Below are positions 25,762 to 36,184 of a stretch of DNA of 64,000 nt, in pieces. The DNA is from Ptychomitrium polyphyllum (lineage: Eukaryota), in assembly GCA_973851085.1 (NCBI GenBank), contig OZ316775.1:17298001-17362000 (forward strand), written 5' to 3'. The notes beneath the pieces are model-generated. The model saw nothing but the letters and a program-made list of their open reading frames with translations, searched no databases and was not told the origin of the DNA. The translations under genes and the position numbers were made by a program. Within the stretch, counting starts at the first letter, position 1, and each line of letters starts with the position of its first letter.

Positions 25762-26364
25762 TCCCATGTCACTCTATGGTGCCTTCGGCACATCAATGGC
25801 AATCTCATTACTGTACAGTATCAGGTGAAGTGCAGTCGGAAGAACTGCTTGAATTACTCTCTAGGAATTCAGGAGCAAAAGATTCTAGGTTCCTCGGCAG
25901 AGGACTTGTAGAAAGCAAGTTCGCTTTTTCTGAGGGTTTCAAGAAGAGTTCGCACAAAGGTTTAGGGTTCAATGATAGAGGTCGGAAGGCGGCCTGGAAT
26001 ATTTTATTTGTGAACTGAAACCAACAAAAGGAACTGCTAGCTGAAGCATGCATGCAAGTGCATCATGTTAGAGAGTGGAGACGGGTTTCTCTCTCCACCC
26101 AGAGTGAGAAGTCCTACGCTTCAAATACATGTGCACAAGTGCATTGCTCACACGCAAACCTCAAACCCTTGCCCAATTCCTCCGATTGCAACAACCATCT
26201 TTCCGCTCCAATCCAACCCCTAGTCCCCGATCTGCATTCTATTTCTGGTTCGAGGACTCCGTGCAAGCGATTCTTCAGCTCGCCACAATTTTCTTGGAAT
26301 TTCTCTGCGTTTCGTTCCCCTTCTTTGGATATTTTTTTCGCATGGAGGTGAGGTGAGGTGAGGA

Positions 26365-26857
26365 ACGAATAATGCTGCCGCTGCTGATGATGGACGTGAG
26401 AGGAGACATCCGGAGGAAAAGACTAATTCTTATGATGCCGTCGTTGCTCCTGAAGTGTCGACGTTTCCTAAGGTCATTCTTCTTCTGCTGTATCGACTGT
26501 TTGAATGTGCTGTTTGATTTGAGGATGGATGACTAGGCGGCCCTTGTTCCTATCTTGCATATGAAGACAAATATTGAAGCAAGCAGCCCTTTTATATTGT
26601 CTTTCAAAAGGAATTAATGGCCATTATAGGATACTCGTCACTGGTTCTAGATCTGGACACCCTTGAGTGGCTTGCATTTTTCTGTTTGGACATCACTTGT
26701 CCAAAAGTACATCTTTTTCTTAGCACTAGTTATTATATGTGGCATACACAATATGATTTCTTTGCAGGATGCTGATGCCGTTTGGCAAAACATTGCTGTC
26801 CCAGTGAAAGCTGATCCTGCTAACAATCCTAACAGCGTGGAGTGGGGTCAGGCTTAG
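26365..26857 (+). other. Possible small spliced ORF or transcript remnant (..PEEKTNSYDAVVAPEVSTFPK|DADAVWQNIAVPVKADPANNPNSVEWGQA*)
   Basis: Donor CCTAAG|gtcatt (~26472) and acceptor ttgcag|GAT (~26768) are in phase; no in-frame ATG found. Confidence 0.3.
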
Positions 26858-28383
26858 CAAAGTCTTGAAGGATACCAGCTTGCTCAACGGCATCTTAAAC
26901 CATACATCTGATGCTTAAATCTACAAAACAACCCATGTCTAATCTGTTTTATGTATGTATTATTTTATGACATGGTTCATCATTGATCTGGAGATGAATT
27001 CCTGTGACCACATCATTGAAGGGGTATTTAGTAGGACATTTAATCATCCTCAGCAAGGTGTTTGCTTTTTGAGAGCATGTGGGCTAATGCTCAACTTTAT
27101 GTAGCAACATGATTAGAGAAACTGAGCAGATTTTGAGGTTCTGGTAGACAATGTATATACATTGTTAAGCCTTGCTCTGTCAGGGAGTTGTGTGGTTAAC
27201 AACCAAACAATTCTATAAAACAATTGTATACAAGAATTGCAAAAGTTTTTAAAAATGAAGTGGAAATGGCTAATGAACAATTAAAAATCCCTTTCAACTT
27301 AGAATCTTATGGTTACAAAGAAGGAAATAAAAGCATCACTATAACCCACAAAATGAACATTAACTCCCAAAGAAAATCAACCACACAAGCATCAAAAAAT
27401 TCTATTTCTCATGAGGAACATATACACCACTGCCATCAACCATGCCATATGAGGTTGGAGAAACAATGAATTTTCACATTTTTGTTTTTTAAAGTTCAAG
27501 ATATTAGTACGGGGATGTGTACAAGAACAACAACAACTCTGAACCTTCATCTCATTTTCCCACAAACCTGTTGCTTTCCACAGCAGAACACCATTATAAA
27601 ATAATAAACATTTTGCTTGGATCAGTATACTTGACAGTGAGTGAGATTACTTGTGGTGCTAGTATCCCATTTTCTAGATGTTGATCACAATGGTTGATCA
27701 ACAGTGACTTTTTTCGTTTTGCCATGTAGGTACACTCTTGTCTATCACATGTGATCTCCTCTTACACCATGATAACTTATCAAACTTAATTTCTTATGAA
27801 GATTCGGCTATTTTTTTCTATCACCTCTTCAAAAAATCCTTTGTTGATATTTACGTTTGCTACAAATAGCTATAATATAAAAAATTGCTGGCGATCCGTG
27901 CTGTGCACGTGCGCCAATCATGGAGTCCACAACCGTGAACCCATGGCTACTACTTCTAACCAACCCGTATCATGGCTTTGTAGTTGATAGCCACATGGAC
28001 ACAGTCAACATGTGAAAGACACCGCAAAATTGGGTGCATGGAAAGAGTCAGAAACTGAACGAACCCTACAAGTACCCTGAGAACGAGTCTGGTACTCTGA
28101 AGCAATTTGCTGAAAAATTCAGAGTCGGATTCGTGACGGAAGCGTTTCTCGATGTTTAAGAGCTGCCTGACGTTTTGCGACCCACTGCATACTCTTTATC
28201 AACGAAGAGTCAAAACCAAGGCAGAGGCTTCCTACGAAATCAGAAGCCTTGGTATTGTAGCGGTGCGGTAGATGTCTAGTCGTGAACAGTGTCTGTCACA
28301 TTGACAATATTAGCATTTGGGAGACGAAAGTGGCGGAACTGGAACGGTAGATCTGAAAGTGGCGTAACAACTTCTTCCCAGTT

Positions 28384-29180
28384 CTACACGTATGTGTATG
28401 CACCTGTCTTTGCGATAGTCCAAAACAAGCCTCTTTTAGCAGGCGATGTTGCACCCCACACCTGTACCAAGATATGATGTACGTGGTGTTCACTGATGAG
28501 GTCCATTGCGCCAGCGATGACGTTGGCTTCAGATCCTTTGGTGACTATCTTCAGAAGGAGAACATTTCTTTCAATGATGCTGTCAAGCATAGTGACGCAG
28601 TTGTTTCCAGGATACGTCTCCTGCTATATTCTCTCTTCAGATTCTGGAAATTCTTATGAGGGCTATCTGTATGATTTTCCAACTCCAGGAGCCTGCCATT
28701 CACATCAGGAATTGAATTAGTACTTGTGAGCTTTCGTAGTTTCTCCACGAGACCATCAAGAGCCCAGGTATCCGTCTGCTTGTACATTACTCGAGTGTCT
28801 GCTTGACCAACACCTTTCTGATGCAACCTAATTCGTCCGTGATCGTTGACAGCACTGGGCGGATGGCCGCATAATTGGGCTCGAGGGAAACCACTTGGCA
28901 CCCTTAAGTTGCCGAAATCAGCGAGAAGTAGCCCACGTGAGCACCTACATCCACGACGAGAGCCTTGCCCTTTTTGCACCCACGACTTCGTCTGAACAGA
29001 TAGTGAAATATCAGAGTCTCCACTGGCGAGCAATAACCAAAATGTCTAATTGTATCGCAGATAACGCAGTAACAGTTGCTGCAGACGAACATGAAGAAGG
29101 GTCGCTCCACTCCTTCCATAATCTGAACCATGTGAATGGTAGACTTATCAACTTGGCCGTGTTCAATGGCTTATTTAAGC
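28384..29180 (-). pseudogene. FkbM-family SAM methyltransferase pseudogene
   Basis: VVDVGAHVGYFSL motif I, then an in-frame TAA (SAT*GCQVVSLEPN); continues in other frames (RIRLHQKGVG; TMLDSII..LLKIVTKGSE, a degenerate KIDxEGxE). Confidence 0.75.
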
Positions 29181-31146
29181 AGGTGAATCAACCTGCAGAC
29201 GGACACACCACTGTCAATCTTTCTCTCAGAAAGGCAAGTTACCTGGACACAAAATGTGAGGAATCAAGCAGACACAGCAATGAAACTGCCCTTATGATTT
29301 ACATTGAGTTAGGCGTTGCACATTTTATGCCATGAATTGTGCTCTATTCTAAAAAATATAAGTTTGTAAATCAACTGGAAGTTTGTCAATAAGGTGATAG
29401 AAAGGATGGTATTACTCCGTAGATGCCTCCGGCCCCTGCTTCGCGCTTGCTGGAACGAAAGCACAAACCAGTTATATATACGACTACCGAAGATCACATG
29501 TTTATTTTCCGATACATAAAAACAGCTCTACGTAAGTATAAAGAGTACAAATTGTGCATTACGTTGTTCATCAGTTTCCACTTTTTTGTAACTGTTGGCC
29601 AACACACACTTTGTGGCTCCTGACAAAAAATTCGATTGTTATGAAACCCAAAGCTAAACCTGAGTAATCTACAAAGCAGTAACTATCTAAAATTGAAAAG
29701 TGGAATTAGGAATTGATCGTGAGTCCTGAGGCTTATCGCTAAGAGAATAATCCACAGGTAACACATGTTCTTTTCAGGAAGCCAACAATCGCAGAAAATA
29801 GAGCAAAACACCGTCATTGTCGCAAAATCATAAAAGACGATGTAAGGTGGGTAACCCTTTAGATTCACCTGCATCGTTGGGTAAAACTAGTGCATACCTC
29901 GACCAAGGTATCGGTACTTTCCACCAGAGGGTGCACAAGTTGGTGTACCTGGAGGTCAAAACCCCATGTGTACCCGAGTTTTCTTAGGCAGCTGAACAAG
30001 TGGAAATTCCGGAAAGTCCACGAAGATTAAGCATCAATAAACCGCGTAAAATTATGCATGTACAGATCGAGAATCGATGAAATGTACACCTTAACTTACT
30101 AGGCTAGATCAAAGCACACGATAATCAGCACCAGACACGCAACTACGCCCTTCATAAAGGCAGCGTTCGAACCCGCCACCGTTCCACAAAAAAGTCGGAT
30201 AAGAACCATTAGCTGAGCTTCTCCAACAAATTCTACAGGGTTGGAAAGCCGACGTAAACTTCTATTTGATCATAATTTGCGTGACAGTTAATAACCAAGA
30301 TTTTTAATACGGAACCCTAACATCTGTTCTGAAACCATGCCACAACCGCCCCCCCGTCAGCTGTCAGAAAATCCTTTTCACGGTTATTCATTATAGGACA
30401 ATCGCTGACTGCCAACTCATTCATATTACCGTAAGTTCGGTGCCCTTGAAATATGTACCAAGACATCATTGATTTGAAAATGGCAGCTTAAACTGACAAT
30501 TTGCACTATTTCGGCGTATTTACCTCCCAACGAGCTGGACAGCTAGACGTACATCTCAGCGCTAGAGGCTCCATGGACTGATAAAGTATGTGCACTCTTT
30601 CGAAGTTAGCAAGAACTGTATGCTTGAAAAACCGCAACTTCTTAATCTAAAACAGATAAACTTCTCCAAACTACAATAGTGTGACACGCTGCAAACTGTG
30701 ATACTCCACTCGAGTTCTTCCTCCTAACTCTATATGCTAGATACTGGACAATGCACAATGCCGCAGAATCATCACGTGTCTTCACCCTTGATTAGCAGTA
30801 GTAGCCATGAAAGTGCAAATCACCAGGTTGATAAGTTGTGCATTGTAAATACCGTCCCATATTTTAGCTCTTCCAAAACCTGAATTTCAAGCCTTACGCC
30901 AGTGGTTGTTTCCTTGGCTGCTCGAGCGGTCTTCGACCACAGAGTAGACCTAAGCTAGAGCTCATAACATAAGAACAGCATTGAGAATTGGCTCCTAGGC
31001 TAGGATTACATGTTCATTCAATGAAATAGCCAGAAATTCTCTGGAGCAACCTCAAAACTCTCTTGCCTAATTCATTACCGCGCTGGAGTGCAACATCCTT
31101 CTCGAACTCTAGGATGCAAGGGTCAAAACTGTGGTACTTAAATGGA

Positions 31147-32550
31147 TTAGCTTGGTATTAAAGCGGACTCATTCGAGGATTTCCAACGCAAATATGCGGT
31201 AATGAAGGAGCCCAACGCACCATCCATAACAGCAGCTACGTCTGATGTTTCGGCGCCAGTTCGCACATCCTTCACAAGTTTGTAAGGATGAAACACATAA
31301 TTTCTAATTTGTTGACCCCACTCGGCTTTCACCATGTCTCCTCTAATTTCTCTCAAATCGGATATCCTTTGTTCTAGAGCAATCACAAGGAGCTTGGACT
31401 TCAGTAATCTCAGACCTTTGATCTTGTTAGCAAGCTGAGATCGCTCCTCCGTGCAGCGAACAGCAATGCCGGTAGGAATATGGACAATGCGTACAGCCGT
31501 TTCAACCTTATTCACGTTCTGGCCCCCTTTGCCTCCAGCTCTAGTTGTTGTGATCTCGAGGTCCGAGTCCGGAATTTCCACATCCAGCGATTCGTCTTCA
31601 AATATCGGCATCACCTCAACTCCTGCGAAGCTCGTCTGTCGCAGTCCCTTGGCGTTGAACGGCGATTGCCTCACTAGCCGGTGCGTGCCCTTCTCACCGG
31701 AAAGATAACCATACGCAAACCGCCCGTCCACTTCGAACGTGACCGACTTAATGCCGGCCTCTTCCCCAAGCGACTTCTCCATCACCTCCACGGTATACCC
31801 CTGCTGCTCCCCCCACCGCAAGTACATCCGCAGAAGAATCTCCGCCCAACCTTGAGCATCCGTGCCGCCAGCTCCCGCGGATATCGTCACCCGAGCGCCC
31901 CTCCTGTCATACGGCCCCGACAGAAGCTTCGCGAGCTCAAAATTATCCAACGCATTGCTCAGCCACGCGACAGTCTCCGCCGCTTCCTGCACCAATCCAC
32001 CATCCGGCCCTTCTTTCTCCTCCATCAACTCCATTATCAATTGCGCCTCCTCAACCTTGCTCTCAAACTCCTCCAACAACGCTAAATTCTCTTTCACCTC
32101 AGATAAATCAGATAGCGTCCTCTGCGCAGCGGTAGGATCATCCCAAAGCGTATCCTGAGCAGCCCGCTGCTCCAGATCCGCTACCCTAGCCTTCTGCTCC
32201 GCCATCCCAGACGACGCCAAAACCTCCCCAATACGGCGCACTAAATCCTCCACTTTCTTTCTAACGCCGTAAAACTCAAGCTCCAACTCGCTTCCTGTTG
32301 CCGTCTCCGCAGACGACGACTCCGCTCTACAAACAAACTTTCTCACGCCTAAACGCCATAGCCTCGTATCTCTCATCCTCTCCTCCCTGACGCCTTTCCA
32401 CCTATCCTCACATCGCCAATACCGCAACTTATCACAAACACGCAATTGACCTGCAAAATCTAAAGACGAACTTCCCGAACGCGCCGTAATCTGATTCCCG
32501 GATACCTGCCATGCCGGAATCCATTCCAACAAAAATCCGGCGCTCGCCAT
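31147..32550 (-). CDS. prfB: Chloroplast peptide chain release factor 2 (PrfB1/HCF109-like), intronless, with transit peptide
   Basis: [21 protein letters not shown] (SPF anticodon motif of RF2), [16 protein letters not shown] (GGQ), [14 protein letters not shown]-terminal extension ending in VCRA. Confidence 0.95.
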   Translation of the reverse strand: MASAGFLLEWIPAWQVSGNQITARSGSSSLDFAGQLRVCDKLRYWRCEDRWKGVREERMRDTRLWRLGVRKFVCRAESSSAETATGSELELEFYGVRKKVEDLVRRIGEVLASSGMAEQKARVADLEQRAAQDTLWDDPTAAQRTLSDLSEVKENLALLEEFESKVEEAQLIMELMEEKEGPDGGLVQEAAETVAWLSNALDNFELAKLLSGPYDRRGARVTISAGAGGTDAQGWAEILLRMYLRWGEQQGYTVEVMEKSLGEEAGIKSVTFEVDGRFAYGYLSGEKGTHRLVRQSPFNAKGLRQTSFAGVEVMPIFEDESLDVEIPDSDLEITTTRAGGKGGQNVNKVETAVRIVHIPTGIAVRCTEERSQLANKIKGLRLLKSKLLVIALEQRISDLREIRGDMVKAEWGQQIRNYVFHPYKLVKDVRTGAETSDVAAVMDGALGSFITAYLRWKSSNESALIPS

Positions 32551-33975
32551 ATCTCAGTTCAACATGTAACGAACTAGTCACTGATTGGAAAATTTCTAAG
32601 CTATCATAGAAGAGAATGGAAAACCAAATACGGAACCAAACAGAGAAGGGAACCCCCCCGTGAAATGAAAGAAGCGCAATCTTCCAATCGCCGTGCATCC
32701 ATCGCCATCTCCGCAGAGATTTTCCTTCGGTTTCAATGCCCTAAAGGAAATACTACACAGCTTGTCTCACGGAAAATTTTGGTTTCTGAGATTGCGACTG
32801 AAGCGATGATTCTAAGGTGATTGACATTGTGATAAAATTCTTGCGGCCTCGAAGTCCCAAAGAGAAACCAATTCAGGAAGCGGCGTATGCCGGGAGCAGA
32901 CGGAGCCTCGACAAGCTCACAGCACCACGCGCTCATCTCTCTAGGATACAATACCTGCCTAGGTATAACATAGGTACCATGACAATATCAAACGAGTATC
33001 ATAATAGTACCATCAGAGTACAGGATAATTATCAATCGGATAGTGGACGTCGTGAACATCACAACCCCTTACTGTCCAATACCTTTGCTATATTCTGGTG
33101 ATTCTGGTTTGATGCCCATATGATTCTACTGTGATACTCTAGCGATACTGTTGTGATATCTGGTGATACTCTTGCGAGGTATCGCAAGATTGCGACTTTG
33201 TGAACCACTGGAGGCATTAGCCATTGTCCAATCGTTGTGAAACTCATTAGCAAAATGAAGTTCACGCCTAGATTGGCATTGACAGTGAAATTTCGTTTCA
33301 GATAGTGGACAGACCTTGTGAAGTGGGCAAGAAGTTTAAGCAAGGTGGCCTTCTGAAATGAGAAGGCAACGAGATCTAGTTATATGTCCTCTACAAAACG
33401 ATCTACCTTCAAACAGAATGTTTCAAGGTGTAGGATCATCAAACACCATGAAGATCGAGCCTTCGAGCAGATCGGGCAGTGGCCATAACAAGCCAAATCC
33501 TCATCTAGTCGCCGCTAGCACATACAACAATGGAAAGGAGAAACAGCTTTGCTGGTGTCAGCAATCACTCACTCTGCCGAGCAAGAGCTACAACTCTCCG
33601 ATAATGACCATGCTGTGGGTGCGAACTCAGCGCAGACGTTGCGGCAGCTCGATCAAGCGTACACTGCGTCTCCCATGCTCTACTTTTCTCTGCACCTTCT
33701 CTGTCCATCCTCTTCACGCAGTCCAGGAACAACTGGGTAGCAGAAAAACTCAGACATACACCAGTTGAAGCGCACAAAACGAAAAATCCACCCCTAATAG
33801 CTAAACTACGAGACTTCGTAACCTCACTGGAAGATATCTAACACAAAGCATCAGCTGAACACCTTCGGCTCTAGTGAAGGAAGCTCTTCACTAACATGAA
33901 CACAAACGCACCCAACTACGTCAACCCAAACTTCACAAGCCGAGAACGCTAGCTAGAGCTCGATCACGTCAGCTC

Positions 33976-34061
33976 CTCGATTTAAGCGTGTCATCCATGT
34001 GCAGGGACTATGCTAATCTTCTCTGTATCGTTCCAAATTTTTCATAGGTCTTCGAAGAGAG
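33976..34061 (-). ncRNA. U6: U6 snRNA-like sequence, diverged and lacking the 3' end (probable pseudogene)
   Basis: Minus strand reads tctcttcgaagacctatgaaaaatTTGGAACGATACAGAGAAGATTAGCATagtcCCTGCaCAtGGATGACACGCttAAATCGAG; ACAGAGA box and AGC triad intact; no aaatggtccaaattttt tail. Confidence 0.85.
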
Positions 34062-36184
34062 GGTGAAAGGAGGGGTACCACAAGGTTAACTAGGTAGCGC
34101 TTTAGCTATCACTATCCTGCTGGAGTTTAGGTCTACCTTCTCTGCCGGCAAATAATCCTCCTTTGCTTAGCAAGAAATTATTTAGATTTTCTAGTTAATA
34201 TTGCTACTAACGTTCAAATTCTTTCAAGTGACAAGATAGTTCTGTACCGATTACAAGTGCATTCTTAGCGCGTTGCTATTGAATAGTTTGAGGATTGTAA
34301 AAATTTAGGCCAACACAAATTCCCCCACACAACTTGTTTAAAGGGAAGGAAACATGTGTCCGTCAAGTTGGGACCAAAATCAATTTGTAACAGCAATTGA
34401 CATTCTGTTTTCTCACCTTAAAACTGCGCATCAATTGCACATCACTACTGCCTCCTCCTTGGCGAAACATAGTGAAGCTCCATCTTCGAAACCAAGGACT
34501 CGATTGCTTGATCAGATCCGCAACCCGGATCATCAGCTCGCTATGTACAAAACAAATGCTAGCTACCTCATCGCCCATTCCCTCATCTTATTTTGTAAAT
34601 TCTACGCTATAAAAGGTTCCATAGAGAAAATGCTCCAGCCGAGCCCTGCCCTATGTTGATTATGATTATGTAAGCATGTGGCAACCTTTTCATGAACAGT
34701 AAATGCATACTGATTAGTCATACTGCAGAAAGGACCGGTCAACAAAAGGGTGCCATTGCTAACCTCAGTCTGCTGGTGCAGATTGCCTCCTCCTCTACGC
34801 TCAACTCCACTCATGCTCGTCGCCACAGGAGAACGATATCCACAGTGCATTGCGAGAGAAAAGTGTTCCAGCCAAAGAAAACGTGCATCAAGTTGCCACC
34901 GAATGCGAAGGACCTTGGCTTCCTCCACCGCCACTTCAATTTACAGCAACGTCGTGCTAGGAACCCTGACGATAAATCCTCTACACGTAAGAGATCCTTC
35001 TACTACCCAACTAAGCTCTCGATCTGCGCAAAATAAGAAGAATATTCAATCGCAAGTTCACCAGCAAGTGAGCATTCTTTGAACAATCTTCCAAAGTCAA
35101 CACACCACAATCAAAACTTGTCAACAACGTCTGCTCGAGAGTTTTAGGTTGGAGTGAGTATAAAAAAAAGAACCAGAGTGAACCAAGTCTGTCAAACAGT
35201 CGAACTGATTCTTCAACAATCTGTGAACAACTTGGAAGTCGCCAAGTGAAGTAAACCTGTCTGTTAGTAGACGATGAATGGCGCAGTGGCGGACGAACTC
35301 TGCCTCGCATTAGACTTTGATGTAATCTTCTTCTACAGAAATCCGGCAATGAAAATTGATGTGTAGCAAGGAAGGCCTTTCCCGGATTGCTCTCTGGGTC
35401 GTGGAACAAGCACTCTCTACACAGTAGAAGGAAGTATTCTAAATAATGACGTTTGAAAAGTGGAGTATTTGTACATCCCAGGTCCTTGATAGCTAGATCG
35501 ATGCTTGTTAAAGTGAAGTGGGAAGCAAATAATGCGCATAGTGTGTGTCGCTGTGTTTGCTATATATAAGGCAAGACCTTGTACCATGCAACACTGAAGT
35601 TTGACAGTGGCAGTGCCACCTTGCATATAAGATAATGCAGATGAATGGTACGCATGAAACTAGGGATGAGAACGTGACCTCTGTTTTGTGAGTTGATTTT
35701 GCAGGTTGCCTGACTCAAGACGAGAATAATCTGAAGTTATGGTTTCAAATTTCTAAAACGTTTGTAAGGAAATGGTATATGGCATTACCATTATCATTGC
35801 ATGATTTTGGGGACAAATTATACATCTGCCATAAAATATAGTCGCTCCACAATAATTACAACAGCGTCAATTTTAATCTTTTTACAGACAAGTTGCATAT
35901 AGTAGCTGGATGTACATATAACACACAAGTTGCTTTCTTGACAGGCTTCACCTGACAAATCGGAATTTGGCTTCAGCAAAGTAGGATACTGGTTATGAAG
36001 ACGACATCGGAACAAATTGCTCAGGTCCAAAACTGAAAGCATGATAGGTGAAGGCTAATTCACTGTCAACAAGTAACGGGCATAGCAGTAGCTCGCTGCG
36101 CAACGTGCTCGTCAGGGGCAATTGTCTACAGTAGTCTAGTGCTGAGAAGAAGGGTGAAAAGTCTTCAAGGACATAGGTACAACC

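Noticed and set aside
27679..27703. 9-bp perfect inverted repeat tgttgatca..tgatcaaca
   Set aside because: Too short to be meaningful alone
30160..30187. gcgttcgaacccgccaccgttcca resembling a tRNA T-arm/3' end
   Set aside because: No cloverleaf, A-box or paired acceptor stem could be built
30700..30780. Box C-like GTGATGA on the minus strand (snoRNA?)
   Set aside because: No box D CTGA at a suitable distance
31451..32158. Plus-strand ORFs inside prfB and similar antisense ORFs in other genes
   Set aside because: Shadow frames of real coding sequence
33868..33893. agagcttccttca (minus strand) resembling a miR319 star arm in a small hairpin
   Set aside because: Only ~13 nt match, with no mature miR159/319 sequence or long stem nearby
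33976..34061. U6atac (given the nearby U12 intron)
   Set aside because: It has the ACAGAGA box of major U6, not the AAGGAGA box of U6atac
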